Positions 1 to 10,398 are shown, numbered from the stretch's first letter. The stretch: DNA of 64,000 nt from an uncultured Bacteroidota bacterium (GCA_903872185.1 CAIQJL010000264.1:38-64037); one strand, 5' to 3'. The notes: a model not told the origin generated them from the sequence alone. Program-made: numbers and translations.

Positions 1-321
1 AAAACTAAAAGCATTTTACAATTTATTTAGTTTGAGTTTTTGGTAAAAATAGCTTTAAAGATTGCAAGCATATTTGATTTATTATTTCTTTGTGTTCAGT
101 TAACTTAATAGATGAATTCTTTGTCTGATAAATATTTTAACAACTCTGGTTTTGTAAAAATACCATTTTTTATTTAATTCATTCTATGTAAAAATAATTA
201 ACACATATGTTTTTGCATTTACCTTTTAACAATTATCTTTGAGAGATATAAGATTTTTTTTTAAAAATAAATCGGATATGGTATGTGAGCAGAAGATTGT
301 GAAAGAGTAATAAACATTAAC

Positions 322-329
322 TAAATTTG
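322..329 (+). promoter_or_regulatory. candidate Bacteroidota -7 promoter box (TAAATTTG)
   Basis: Matches the TAnnTTTG consensus, 20 nt upstream of the ATG at 350. No transcript data. Confidence 0.3.
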
Positions 330-349
330 ATTAGTAACTTGCAAGAAAA

Positions 350-838
350 ATGAAAAAATTACTTCAACTTTTAATTTTAATAAGCACAATAACTGTTTTT
401 ACAAGTTGCAAAAAGGACTCAAAAACAACCCCTGCTACACATCCAAATTACAATAATTTTAAAATTACCTCCATAAAAATCACTTCAATCCCTTTTTTAA
501 ATGCGTATAATTCAAGCTGGGATTTAACAAATGGACCAGATGTTTATTTTAATATTGCAGATGTAAATAGCAATATTTTATTGAATGGAAGCAGTAATCA
601 TTTTTCAGATATTTCTGCTTCAACACTTCCGCTTAATTGGAATCTGGTAGCTCCTTTCCGAATTATAAACCTTTCAAATACATACTACATTACAGTTTAT
701 GATTATGACAGTCCAGATCCAGATGAGTTAATGGAATATGCTGATTTTAAAATGTCAGATTATAGCGGAAGTTATCCAACGACAATAAACATTTCGTCTA
801 ATGAGCTTACCATATCAATAATAGGCGATTGGTATTAA
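350..838 (+). CDS. hypothetical lipoprotein
   Basis: 162-aa ORF. N-terminus MKKLLQLLILISTITVFTSC is a lipoprotein-type signal. No catalytic motif recognised. Confidence 0.55.
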   Translation: MKKLLQLLILISTITVFTSCKKDSKTTPATHPNYNNFKITSIKITSIPFLNAYNSSWDLTNGPDVYFNIADVNSNILLNGSSNHFSDISASTLPLNWNLVAPFRIINLSNTYYITVYDYDSPDPDELMEYADFKMSDYSGSYPTTINISSNELTISIIGDWY

Positions 839-859
839 TTCCTGGCTTACGCTCGCTTC

Positions 860-2035
860 TCATTCCAGTATTTTATCCACAAGCTCATTTTCAAAATCGA
901 AAAACACTTGTTTTAAAGAGCTTTCACCATTTGTTCCATAATTAACAAAGAACACCATAGTAATATTTCTTTGTGGAAAATAAAATAAGTCGGCAACATA
1001 GCCAAGGTCGCGGCCTGTATGCCCAATGCCATATGCAGATTTTTCAGTAAACTTTTTTATCATTCCTAGTCCGGTATAAAAATTCTCATCTTCCTGCACA
1101 AAAGTTTCCATCTGGTCTAATGATGCCTGACTAAGAACTGTTTTATCAATCAGTAATGCTTTTATAAATTTATTTAAATCGAAAACGTTTGAATATATGC
1201 CACCATATCCGTTACCACTACCGGTAATCAGGTTAGAAACATTAACTATTTCACCATTGTTATGAAGATCAAAATAACCTTGTGCAGCATAATTTGGAAC
1301 ATCTTCTCTTCCCTGATAATAAGTATCATTCATTCCTAAAGGATCTAAAACTTTTTCGTGTAAAAGTTTCTCATGCTTTTCGCCAGTAGCTTTTTCAATG
1401 CACATTGATAATAACAACGTGTTTGTACTTGAATAATGTGCGGGGTATGGATTATTTAACTCATAAGCTTTTTCACCATAAACATAATTCAAAAGTTCTA
1501 ATTGTGTCCATCTTTTATTTGGATTATTTAATACTGCTAGATAAAAACCAGATGAAGTGATAACATCAAAAATTCCTGTTGTATGATTCATCAGATTTGA
1601 GATTTTAATATTTTCGGCACCGTCAATCTTATCTAAAATCTTTTTATCGATATAGTTTGAGACTAAATCATTTGCATTAATTTTTCCTTCCTCTTGAAGC
1701 TTAAAAAACAATGTTCCTACTAAAAGTTTTGTAATACTTGCAGCTTTTGAAATGTGACATGGAGTATATTCAACTCCCTTTTTAATATCCGCATAACCAC
1801 CTGCTCCTACCCATGTTCCTGATGCATCAGTAACTAAAACTGAAATACCAGGCAATCCTTTTTTTACATATTTACTAATAATGCTATTAAAAGAATTATT
1901 TTTAGGATGTATGCTACTTGAGTCTGAATAATTACAGTCCAATTGTGCAGTTGCTTCAATTTCTTTTTTGCAACCGTTGATAACAAATATCAGAGATACC
2001 GAAATTAATGTCAAAATAAATATGTTTGTTTTCAT
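860..2035 (-). CDS. serine hydrolase, beta-lactamase (class C/esterase-like) family lipoprotein
   Basis: 391-aa ORF. Signal peptide with Cys (VINGCKK). S-x-x-K motif (ASITK), HYSSTN region and H-T-G (IGHTGRD) are typical of the beta-lactamase/transpeptidase-like fold. Confidence 0.8.
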   Translation of the reverse strand: MKTNIFILTLISVSLIFVINGCKKEIEATAQLDCNYSDSSSIHPKNNSFNSIISKYVKKGLPGISVLVTDASGTWVGAGGYADIKKGVEYTPCHISKAASITKLLVGTLFFKLQEEGKINANDLVSNYIDKKILDKIDGAENIKISNLMNHTTGIFDVITSSGFYLAVLNNPNKRWTQLELLNYVYGEKAYELNNPYPAHYSSTNTLLLSMCIEKATGEKHEKLLHEKVLDPLGMNDTYYQGREDVPNYAAQGYFDLHNNGEIVNVSNLITGSGNGYGGIYSNVFDLNKFIKALLIDKTVLSQASLDQMETFVQEDENFYTGLGMIKKFTEKSAYGIGHTGRDLGYVADLFYFPQRNITMVFFVNYGTNGESSLKQVFFDFENELVDKILE

Positions 2036-2036
2036 T

Positions 2037-2660
2037 TTATACTTTTTTTGATTTAACAGGAATTGAAATACCTAAGAACAATGAATTTACTGGAAGTAAA
2101 GGAACATAGCCACTAACAAATGGTCCCTGAATAAATGTTTTTAATGCTAAAAATATTCGTACACTATTTAGGTTGTCCTTTTTTAAATTGTATTGGCCAC
2201 CAATTTCAAAATTTATTAAAAACTGTGATCTGCCATTTATTTTCTTTTTAGTTTCATATTTGCCTTCTGAATTTAATTTAAATACCTCACTTCCTTCGAA
2301 TGACATTCCATAGCCACCTCCAACACCAGCACCTAGACTAAATCTTTTACATAATGTTTTGTATAATGAAATAGAAGGATAAATTCTAATTGCAGTTTGA
2401 ACAAAACGGTGATAATAAAAACCTGCATTGACTTTTAATTCAATTTTATTTTTTTCCGATTTACTTATTTTCCAGCTTCTAAAAGCATCCAAGCCTGGAT
2501 GAAATTGGCTGTAAAATAATTGTGTGTATCCAGTTACCGGAAAGGAGGTAACGTTATTTGATAAAGAAACTCCGTATCTCTGGCTTTGACCATTTACCGA
2601 ATTTGACAATAAAAACAGCATTAAAATTAATACCGTGTTTATTAAATTTGTGTTTTTCAT
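2037..2660 (-). CDS. hypothetical secreted protein, possible outer-membrane beta-barrel
   Basis: 207-aa ORF with signal peptide (LFLLSNSVNGQ). Alternating hydrophobic/Gly-rich strands. Lies 1 bp upstream of the serine hydrolase gene, so probably the same operon. Confidence 0.5.
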   Translation of the reverse strand: MKNTNLINTVLILMLFLLSNSVNGQSQRYGVSLSNNVTSFPVTGYTQLFYSQFHPGLDAFRSWKISKSEKNKIELKVNAGFYYHRFVQTAIRIYPSISLYKTLCKRFSLGAGVGGGYGMSFEGSEVFKLNSEGKYETKKKINGRSQFLINFEIGGQYNLKKDNLNSVRIFLALKTFIQGPFVSGYVPLLPVNSLFLGISIPVKSKKV

Positions 2661-2739
2661 TTGATTGAGAATGTATTTTCTTTCTTAAAAATTGATTCAA
2701 AAATAAAAATATTATCTGGTTTTACACATCTATTTAAAT

Positions 2740-4023
2740 ATGAATAAGCTAATTCTTGCAATTTTTCTTTTTACCTTTGAGAAAAATCAAATTATGAAGT
2801 ACATTTTATCAATATTATGTATCAGCTTTTTTATTACATGTTTATCACAGGTTCCTGCAAAAGATAAAGCTGTTTTTGAAAAGTATTTACCTGGTTATTT
2901 TGAAAATATTATTCTTAAGGATGCTTCGCAGAAGGAGGTTGTTTCTGAACATAAAAATGAAAATCGTTATTTTAAAGTTGATTTAACGGGACAAACATTT
3001 CCTAACGATAAAAAACTTTATACTGAGATTTGGCATCAGAAACCAGTTTGCCAAGGAAATTCAGGAACATGTTGGTGTTATGCTACAACATCATTTATGG
3101 AAAGTGAAGTTAAAAGAATTTCCAATATTGAAGTTAAACTATCTGAGATGTACACTGTTTATTGGGAGTATGTAGATAGAGCTCAGGAATTTGTAAAAAC
3201 AAGAGGAAATACATCTTTCTCTGAAGGCTCTGAAGCAGCAGCTATTCCAAGAATATGGGATAAATATGGTATAATGCCATATTCTGTTTACGATGGAAAA
3301 CCACACGAGAGAAATTTTAACAGTCACCGCAAAATGGTTGAGCAAATGACTGCATTTTTAAATAAAACTAAAGAAACCTGTCAGTGGAATGAAGAATTTG
3401 TAGTGAAAGAAATAAAATCAATTTTGGACGCCGAGATGGGTTCGCCACCAGAAAAATTTACTTTTAATAACAAAGAATACACACCACAGACTTTTTTAAA
3501 AGATTTCTTAAAACTTAAAATGATTGATTATTTTAATTTTATGTCGACCAGTGAAGTTAAGTTTTTTGAAAAACATGAATTAGTTGAAGCGGATAATTGG
3601 TGGCATTGTAACAATTATTATAATATTCCAGTTGATGATTTTATGTCATTAATAAAATCCTCATTAAAAAATGGATATTCAGTATGTATTTGTGGTGATA
3701 TTTCTGAGCCAGGTTATGATAATCAAACACAAGTTGCTGTTATCCCATCATTCGATATACCGAAGTCACAAATTGATGATAATTCCAGACAATTAAGGTT
3801 AAGTAATGGAACCACAACTGACGATCATTGTATTCATATGGTAGGTTATTACGAAAAAAATAACGAAGACTGGTATTTAATAAAAGACAGTAATGGCGGA
3901 GCTTATGATGGTGCATGCAAAGGTTATCGTTTTTTTAGAGATGATTTTGTTAAACTTAAAATGATGAACATTATGATATACAAAGAAGCCGGAAAATCTA
4001 TTTTGGATAAAATTATAAAATAA
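2740..4023 (+). CDS. C1 family cysteine peptidase (aminopeptidase C/bleomycin hydrolase-like)
   Basis: Papain-fold active-site block QGNSGTCWCYATTSFME, later DHCIHMVGY (His) and IKDSNGG. A cleaner signal peptide results if the start is the Met at 2794 (MKYILSILCISFFITC). Confidence 0.8.
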   Translation: MNKLILAIFLFTFEKNQIMKYILSILCISFFITCLSQVPAKDKAVFEKYLPGYFENIILKDASQKEVVSEHKNENRYFKVDLTGQTFPNDKKLYTEIWHQKPVCQGNSGTCWCYATTSFMESEVKRISNIEVKLSEMYTVYWEYVDRAQEFVKTRGNTSFSEGSEAAAIPRIWDKYGIMPYSVYDGKPHERNFNSHRKMVEQMTAFLNKTKETCQWNEEFVVKEIKSILDAEMGSPPEKFTFNNKEYTPQTFLKDFLKLKMIDYFNFMSTSEVKFFEKHELVEADNWWHCNNYYNIPVDDFMSLIKSSLKNGYSVCICGDISEPGYDNQTQVAVIPSFDIPKSQIDDNSRQLRLSNGTTTDDHCIHMVGYYEKNNEDWYLIKDSNGGAYDGACKGYRFFRDDFVKLKMMNIMIYKEAGKSILDKIIK

Positions 4024-4031
4024 TATAATCA

Positions 4032-4068
4032 TGTCACCTTGAGCGTCCGCTGCGCGGATCGAAAGGTG
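4032..4068. repeat. GC-rich palindromic repeat, family A (short copy)
   Basis: The sequence is tgtcaccttgagcgtccgctgcgcggatcgaaaggtg. Nested stems are cacctt/aaggtg and tccgc/gcgga. It shares the tgtca...gagcg...tccgc...gcgga...cgaa layout with 55346-55380 and 21715-21760. Confidence 0.6.
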
Positions 4069-4088
4069 TATGGAATAGCTTTAAATAA

Positions 4089-5186
4089 ATGAACCGAAAA
4101 GATCTACTAAAACGCTTTTTACCTGGCTTACTTCCGCTATTTGTTTTTATAGCAGCAGATGAGATTTGGGGCACAACAATAGGACTAATTGTTGCTGTAA
4201 TTTTTGGTATCGGACAGTTGATATTTATTCTTATAAAAGAAAAACGACTTGATAAATTCACTTTACTTGACACAGGTTTAATTGTATTGTTGGGTGGCAT
4301 CTCTATTGCTTTTGATAATGATATTTTCTTTAAATTAAAACCAGGGTTGATTGGTGCTGTTTTATGTGTAATTCTGGGCATATCTGTGTTTACCCCTGCA
4401 AATATAATGTTTGCTATGTCTAAAAGATATATGGGTGATATGGAGTTTAACAAAACTCAGGAAAAGCAGATGAAACAAAGTTTATTAGTAATGTTTTTTA
4501 TCTTTACTTTACATACAGCACTAGTATTCTATTCTGCATTTTATATGTCAAAAGAAGCATGGGCCTTTATTAGCGGAGGTTTATTTTACATCCTTTTTGG
4601 TGTTTATGCATTATTCGAATTTGTTAAAGTCAAAATCAAAAACAATAAACTAAAATCTGAGGAATGGGTGCCATTAGTTGATGAAAAAGGAATGGTAATA
4701 GGCAAAGCACCACGTTCTGTTGTGCATAAAGATAAAAGTTTACTGCACCCTGTTGTACATCTTCATGTTTTAAATAATCAGGGAAATATTTATTTACAAA
4801 AACGCCCAATGTTTAAAGATACACAACCCGGAAAATGGGATACAGCTGTTGGCGGTCATGTTGCATTAAACGAAACTATTGAACAGGCTTTGCTTCGCGA
4901 AACGAAAGAAGAAATAGGAATTTCACCAACAAATGCGAATACTTTTGCGCAATATGTATGGAACTCTGATGTAGAATCGGAACTTGTTTTTTCTTTTGTA
5001 ACAATTTATAATGAGCAATTATTTCCAGATGTAAACGAAGTTGATGAGGGTAAATTCTGGACTGTTTTAGAAATAAATCAAAACCTTGGGAAAAATATTT
5101 TTACTCCAAATTTTGAGCATGAATTTGAAATGTTACAAAAGACAGTTTTAAAAAATATTACAAAATTAAAATCTCAGAAAAAATGA
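4089..5186 (+). CDS. membrane domain (YciB/IspZ-like) fused to NUDIX hydrolase
   Basis: 365-aa ORF. The N-terminal ~190 aa hold 5-6 hydrophobic helices. The C-terminal half has a full Nudix box, GHVALNETIEQALLRETKEEIGI (G-x5-E-x7-R-E-x2-E-E-x-G). Confidence 0.75.
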   Translation: MNRKDLLKRFLPGLLPLFVFIAADEIWGTTIGLIVAVIFGIGQLIFILIKEKRLDKFTLLDTGLIVLLGGISIAFDNDIFFKLKPGLIGAVLCVILGISVFTPANIMFAMSKRYMGDMEFNKTQEKQMKQSLLVMFFIFTLHTALVFYSAFYMSKEAWAFISGGLFYILFGVYALFEFVKVKIKNNKLKSEEWVPLVDEKGMVIGKAPRSVVHKDKSLLHPVVHLHVLNNQGNIYLQKRPMFKDTQPGKWDTAVGGHVALNETIEQALLRETKEEIGISPTNANTFAQYVWNSDVESELVFSFVTIYNEQLFPDVNEVDEGKFWTVLEINQNLGKNIFTPNFEHEFEMLQKTVLKNITKLKSQKK

Positions 5187-6028
5187 TATTATTAGCAGAT
5201 TCAGGCTCAACAAAAACAGAATGGGCATTAATAAATAAAGGCGTAAGCAGTAAATTTCATTCAGCAGGAATGAACCCATATTTTGCATCTGATGATGATA
5301 TCAGAAAAATATTGAACGATGTTAAAAACTGGATAGGAGAAGGACATGTAAGTAAAGTTGCTTTTTATGGCTCTGGTTGCAACTCGTCTGAGAAGGGAAA
5401 TGAAATGCAGAAATTATTTGCAGAAAAATTTTCAGATTCTGAAATTGAGATACATTCCGATTTAATTGGTGCTGCAGTTTCATTATTTGGCAACAAAAAT
5501 GGTATTGCCGTAATACTTGGCACAGGTGCAAATTCCGGATATTTTGATGGTAAAGAAATTACCTTTAAAACAGAATCCTTAGGTTTTGTATTGGGAGATG
5601 AAGGAAGTGGCGCATATTTAGGAAAAGAATTAATAAGAGAATTGCTATATAATAATCTTTCTAAAGAAATCCAGGACGATTTTACTTCTGAGTATAAAAT
5701 TGGGAAAGTAGAAATTCTTGAAAATATTTATAAAAAAACATATGCAAACAGATTTCTTGCAGGATTTACTGTTTTTCTAAAAAAGCATGAAACAAACCCA
5801 GATATTAAAAAGATAATTTCTGATTCGTTCGAATCATTAGTTAAGAATCATTTGATAAAATATCCACAAAAAGAAAATTGTGAGTTTGGATTTGTTGGTT
5901 CAATTGCATGGCATTTTAAAAATGAGCTTATTGAAGTGTGTAAAAAACATAACCTAAAAATTCAGACTATTATTGGTAAGCCAATGGATAATTTGATAAA
6001 ATATTATTCTAAATCAACAATGATTTAA
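5183..6028 (+). CDS. BadF/BadG/BcrA/BcrD-type ATPase (N-acetylglucosamine kinase-like)
   Basis: 281-aa ORF. N-terminal ILLADSGSTKTEWALI phosphate-1 motif and LGTGANSG, GDEGSGAYLG motifs of the ASKHA sugar-kinase fold. ATGA overlap with the upstream gene. Confidence 0.75.
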   Translation: MILLADSGSTKTEWALINKGVSSKFHSAGMNPYFASDDDIRKILNDVKNWIGEGHVSKVAFYGSGCNSSEKGNEMQKLFAEKFSDSEIEIHSDLIGAAVSLFGNKNGIAVILGTGANSGYFDGKEITFKTESLGFVLGDEGSGAYLGKELIRELLYNNLSKEIQDDFTSEYKIGKVEILENIYKKTYANRFLAGFTVFLKKHETNPDIKKIISDSFESLVKNHLIKYPQKENCEFGFVGSIAWHFKNELIEVCKKHNLKIQTIIGKPMDNLIKYYSKSTMI

Positions 6029-6086
6029 AAGCATTATTTAACAATAAAATTATATTTTATCTTTACAGCTAATAATAAAAAATAAA

Positions 6087-7691
6087 ATGAATAGATATTT
6101 TACCAGAATAACACTGACGTTAGGAAATATTTTAATTGGTATTTTTTGTTTTGCACAATCACCAACAATTGGACTCTTATATACAAGTCCAAATGTTTCT
6201 GATGGATATACACTTTTTACGCCAGAGGATAATAATGATGCATATTTAATAAATAATTGTGGGGAGGTAATTAGAAAATGGACTTTTTTTGAAACACCAG
6301 GACCAACATGTTATCTTCTTGCAAATGGTAATATTTTAAGAGCTGGAAAAGATTCTTTAACTGTGAAAGATTGGGATAATAATGTTGTTTGGTCATACGC
6401 AACTACGGCTAATGGTATAAATCAGAATCATGATATTGAACCACTCCCAAATGGTAATGTTTTATGTATTGTTAGTAAAAATTATACTGCAGCTCAAATT
6501 ATTGCACAAGGAAGAAATCCAGCATTTGTAGGTACCACTTTTAAAATGGAAAAAATTGTTGAAATACAGCCTAATGGATTAAATGGTGGAGCTATTGTGT
6601 GGGAATGGAATTTTACGAGTCATTTTATTCAGGATTTTGATAATACTAAACCAAATTTTGGTGTTGTTGCAGATCACCCGGAATTAATGGATGTAAATGC
6701 AAATGAAAGTCCGCTTTATGATTGGTCGCACTCTAACTCAGTAGATTACAATGCAACTCTCGATCAAATCATGTTTTCTTCAAGGCATTTAAACGAAATA
6801 TTTATAATAGATCATAGTACCACAATGGCTGAATCTGCTGGTCATACCGGAGGAAATTCAAATAAAGGTGGAGATTTTTTATGGAGATGGGGAAATCCTA
6901 AAAATTATAAACAAGGGAGTCTTGCAGACCAGCAATTATTTATGCAACATGATGCAAAATGGGTAGAATCTGGTTATACTGATGACGGTAAAATATCAGT
7001 GTTTAATAATGGCGATAGCTTAGCAACTTTTAGCTCAGTTGCTTTAATTACTCCTGAAATTACAGGTAATAATTATACTTTAATTAATAATAAATTTGCT
7101 CCATTAGATTTTGACTGGACATGGAATGGTTCAATTTTGGGAAATGTGTTACATGAGGGAAGAAAATCTGGAATTCAAGCATTAACAAATGGAAATATAC
7201 TTATTTCTGAAGCATCTCGTGGCAGAATATCTGAAATTACTAAAGCCGGTGAACTTTTGTGGTCATATAAAAACCCAACGGATATTATAATTTATAATCA
7301 GTTTGATAATGTTCTGCTTGGTAGTAATTCAATATATAAAGCTGAAAAATACCCTCCTAATTTCTCAGGCTTTGTTGGCAAAGATTTAACACCTCAAGGG
7401 ATAATTGAAAATCAAAATTCAAATACTGTTGCTTGTAATTCTACTTCATTATTTTCTACTTCAGAATTTGAAAAGACAATAATTGAGAATCCTGTTACAG
7501 ATGGGAAAATTCAATTCAATAAAATTGTTAATCTAAATGCTATAACTATTACTGATATTAGTGGTAAGTTAGTGTATCAACAAAGAAATTTTAATAATGA
7601 TTATTTCAAAATAGATTTAAAACCTGCAATGTATTTTATTCAATTAATTACTGACAATAAAATTTTAAATCATAAAATAATAGTTCAATAA
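6087..7691 (+). CDS. arylsulfotransferase (ASST)-like beta-propeller protein with T9SS type A C-terminal sorting domain
   Basis: 534-aa ORF with signal peptide. His-rich ASST-like blocks (NQNHDIEPLPNGN, WSHSNSVDY, FMQHDAKW). C-terminal ~80 aa (ITITDISGKLVYQQ...MYFIQLITDNKILNHKIIVQ) look like a Por secretion tail. Confidence 0.65.
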   Translation: MNRYFTRITLTLGNILIGIFCFAQSPTIGLLYTSPNVSDGYTLFTPEDNNDAYLINNCGEVIRKWTFFETPGPTCYLLANGNILRAGKDSLTVKDWDNNVVWSYATTANGINQNHDIEPLPNGNVLCIVSKNYTAAQIIAQGRNPAFVGTTFKMEKIVEIQPNGLNGGAIVWEWNFTSHFIQDFDNTKPNFGVVADHPELMDVNANESPLYDWSHSNSVDYNATLDQIMFSSRHLNEIFIIDHSTTMAESAGHTGGNSNKGGDFLWRWGNPKNYKQGSLADQQLFMQHDAKWVESGYTDDGKISVFNNGDSLATFSSVALITPEITGNNYTLINNKFAPLDFDWTWNGSILGNVLHEGRKSGIQALTNGNILISEASRGRISEITKAGELLWSYKNPTDIIIYNQFDNVLLGSNSIYKAEKYPPNFSGFVGKDLTPQGIIENQNSNTVACNSTSLFSTSEFEKTIIENPVTDGKIQFNKIVNLNAITITDISGKLVYQQRNFNNDYFKIDLKPAMYFIQLITDNKILNHKIIVQ

Positions 7692-7704
7692 TTAATTTAA
7701 AAAA

Positions 7705-8070
7705 CTATTCTTTTGAAATTTTATATGCTGCACTGCCTATATATACTTTTATTCCGTTATTAAGTATTCCTATAACATCTTCAATAAAAATCTTTTTTCC
7801 AGCCTGATTAGAAAGCACATTTATACATTCTATATTGAAACTATCACTATTTATTGGAATAGTTTTTAAAAAACCATTAACAATACATGATAAATTAAAT
7901 GATGTAATTTTTACTGTATCTGTATTTAATGTAATCTTTCTTGATTCGGTTAATTCTTTAATTGTAAGAGTACCACTGGATTTGCCGGCAATCATTATAT
8001 GAATATTTTGTTGACAAAAACCATTTACAACGAATATTAGGTATGCGAAAACTATAAATATTTTTTTCAT
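7705..8070 (-). CDS. hypothetical secreted protein
   Basis: 121-aa ORF with signal peptide MKKIFIVFAYLIFVVNGFCQQ. No motif recognised. Confidence 0.5.
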   Translation of the reverse strand: MKKIFIVFAYLIFVVNGFCQQNIHIMIAGKSSGTLTIKELTESRKITLNTDTVKITSFNLSCIVNGFLKTIPINSDSFNIECINVLSNQAGKKIFIEDVIGILNNGIKVYIGSAAYKISKE

Positions 8071-8136
8071 TATAAATACTATTAATAAATGAGTCTAATA
8101 ATATTATATAAATGTACAACATAAAACAATATATCA

Positions 8137-8192
8137 AAAGCGTCCGCGCTTGTGATAATATTCGTTATTTTAATTTAAGCGAGGACTCTTAA
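8137..8192. repeat. GC-rich repeat, family A (partial copy)
   Basis: The aagcgtccgcgctt hairpin is followed by gaggactcttaa. The 11-nt aggactcttaa is identical to 21830-21840. Confidence 0.45.
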
Positions 8193-8241
8193 AATATAAA
8201 ATAAATTAAATTTGTATAGTCGGCTGCAGCGGTTTGGAATT

Positions 8242-10398
8242 TTATTCCTGGTAAATTACTTTAGAGTATTGGTCAAGCGAACCTACAATTCTAAATTCTG
8301 TTCTACGATTCATTTGCCTTCCTTCTGGATTGTCGCTGCCATCAGGGTTATCATTTTTTGCAATAGATGCACTTTCCCCATATCCTTTTGCAAATAAACG
8401 TTCTTTATCTATACCTTTTTCTATAAGATATTTAACAACACTCTCGGCACGTTTCTGAGATAGTTTCTCATTGTATTTATCTTCGCCTTTACTATCAGTA
8501 TGTGAGCCAATTTCTACAACTATTCTGGGGTTATCCATTAAAATTTTGAACAATGTTGTATCAATTACTAGTTTTGAACTTTCTGTAAGTTTCCAGTCAT
8601 CAAAATCATAGTAAATATTTTTAACGATTATTGGTTCTTTTGGTAGAATGTTAATATAGATTGCATCTAAACGAAGAGTATCCGATTTAATAATTTTTCT
8701 AGTGTCAACTGTAAGTTCTTTGTTAAACATTCCGTAATTTTCTACAACTATTTTATATTCTTTTCCCGGCTCAAGATCAAAGAAATATTCACCATTTTCT
8801 TTAGTTGTATCAGCTTTAATAAAAATTCTTTCTTTACCTTCTGACACTAAAAATAAATTTACTGCTTGTTTATATAGTGGGTCAATTCTTTCATTAGGGT
8901 CGTAGTCATCAATAAACTTTGTTTCTTCAATCTGATGCTCCAATTGTTTAAATATAGAACTATCTTTTATTGCGAAAATTTTCCCTGTAACGCCAACATG
9001 AATATATTCTGACCATTTATATTCGTATATATCATCGCAACAAGTTTCACTTAATAATGCAACACCACCTTTACGGTTAGACACCAGAAAGCCTTCTTCT
9101 TTGTTTTTTCCTACAACAAAGTATATGTCATCGGTGCAAGAATTTATTGGATAACCAATATTTACGGGATTAATCCATGAACTTAGTTCACCTGTATTTT
9201 TAAACACATCAAACCCACCCATACCAGGCCATCCTGTTGAACTAAAATACATGGTTCGGCTATCCATATCATAAAATGGTGTAGTTTCATCGCCAATAGT
9301 ATTTATTCTATTTCCAGCATTTCGAGGTGATCTAAAAAAGTTCTTTTTCTCGTTAAAAACAGAATACCAAATATCTGTACCACCACGACCACCTTCTCTG
9401 TCCGACACAAAATATAGTACTTCTGCATTTAATTTAGAATCTGTTCCTATTGCAGGTTGTGTAGAAGTATATTTAGGGTCGTTAATTTCTGCATTTAGTT
9501 TTTCAGGTTCGCCCCATTTTCCGTCAATTTTTTTACTTAAATAAATTTCGCAAATGGTTTTACTTTTCCAGTTTTGCTTGCATCTTGTAAAATAAAAACG
9601 ATTTCCATCAGGCGATAATGTACCGTTGCAGGTATTCTCATCTGATTTATTGATTGGGCCATCGAATATTCCAGTAGATTGCCATTTATCGCCAACTCTT
9701 TTTGCTGTATAAATCTGACGAACAGGCATTTTTTGTGAGCTGTCTTGTAAATCAATATATTTAATAGTATCAGCTTTTAAAGATCCATATATAATGTTAT
9801 CTTTTCCCATTGGGTATGGTGATAATTCAACATGTGCTTTATTAATAGAAGTATCTAAATGATAAATTACAACTTTTAAAGCAGAATCGAGTTTTCGTTT
9901 TGCAAGATCACAACCTTCAATTTCATTCTTTGTTATTTTCTTATAATCTTGTTCGAAACTGCTTCCTTTAGCTGCCTTTGTGAATTTCTGAAAGTCTTCT
10001 TTTGCTTTATCATAATCGCCCATCATTTTTTCCATTAAAGCTTGAAAATATAATGCGTCAATAAATACATCTTTGTCGTTATCGTATGCAAGCGAAAAAT
10101 ATTCTTTTGCCATTGGATAATTTCTGGCTTTGTAGTATAAGTGGCCTAACGACATACAATAATCAGTATTGTTTGGCTGATTTTTATGAAGCTCTTCAAA
10201 ATATTCTATTGCAGAATATGTATCACCTAGGCGTTGTGAGTTTTTTGCAAAACCCTTAACCTTCCATTTACTCAAATGCTTCATCGTTTCATTTGGTTGA
10301 GCGTAACAACTTACAGAAAAGACTGACAAAAATATAATCAGAGAAATAAAATTCCTGACAAATAAATTAAAAAGTTTATTTATTACAATCTGTCGCAT
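8242..10398 (-). CDS. OmpA family protein with TPR and TolB-like (PD40) beta-propeller repeats
   Basis: 718-aa ORF. TPR-like helices near the N-terminus. PD40 blocks (LSPDGNRFYFT, LYFVSDREGGRGGTDIWYS, MYFSSTGWPGMGGFDVF). C-terminal OmpA peptidoglycan-binding domain (IGSHTDSKGEDKYNEKLSQKRAESV...NRRTEFRIV). Overlaps the upstream porP/sprF-like gene by 16 bp. Confidence 0.85.
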   Translation of the reverse strand: MRQIVINKLFNLFVRNFISLIIFLSVFSVSCYAQPNETMKHLSKWKVKGFAKNSQRLGDTYSAIEYFEELHKNQPNNTDYCMSLGHLYYKARNYPMAKEYFSLAYDNDKDVFIDALYFQALMEKMMGDYDKAKEDFQKFTKAAKGSSFEQDYKKITKNEIEGCDLAKRKLDSALKVVIYHLDTSINKAHVELSPYPMGKDNIIYGSLKADTIKYIDLQDSSQKMPVRQIYTAKRVGDKWQSTGIFDGPINKSDENTCNGTLSPDGNRFYFTRCKQNWKSKTICEIYLSKKIDGKWGEPEKLNAEINDPKYTSTQPAIGTDSKLNAEVLYFVSDREGGRGGTDIWYSVFNEKKNFFRSPRNAGNRINTIGDETTPFYDMDSRTMYFSSTGWPGMGGFDVFKNTGELSSWINPVNIGYPINSCTDDIYFVVGKNKEEGFLVSNRKGGVALLSETCCDDIYEYKWSEYIHVGVTGKIFAIKDSSIFKQLEHQIEETKFIDDYDPNERIDPLYKQAVNLFLVSEGKERIFIKADTTKENGEYFFDLEPGKEYKIVVENYGMFNKELTVDTRKIIKSDTLRLDAIYINILPKEPIIVKNIYYDFDDWKLTESSKLVIDTTLFKILMDNPRIVVEIGSHTDSKGEDKYNEKLSQKRAESVVKYLIEKGIDKERLFAKGYGESASIAKNDNPDGSDNPEGRQMNRRTEFRIVGSLDQYSKVIYQE

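Noticed and set aside
873-881. Perfect DnaA box TTATCCACA
   Set aside because: It is a single isolated occurrence inside the 3' end of the serine hydrolase CDS, 15 kb from dnaA, with no cluster. It is most likely chance.
4034-4453. 139-aa minus-strand ORF overlapping the 5' part of the membrane-NUDIX gene
   Set aside because: It is antisense to a well-supported CDS and has low-complexity composition with no motif. Its first residues run through the family A repeat. It is probably a chance ORF in AT-rich DNA.
5827-5835. tRNA T-arm-like string gttcgaatc
   Set aside because: It lies inside the kinase-like CDS (codes ...DSFESL...) and no acceptor or anticodon stems can be drawn around it.
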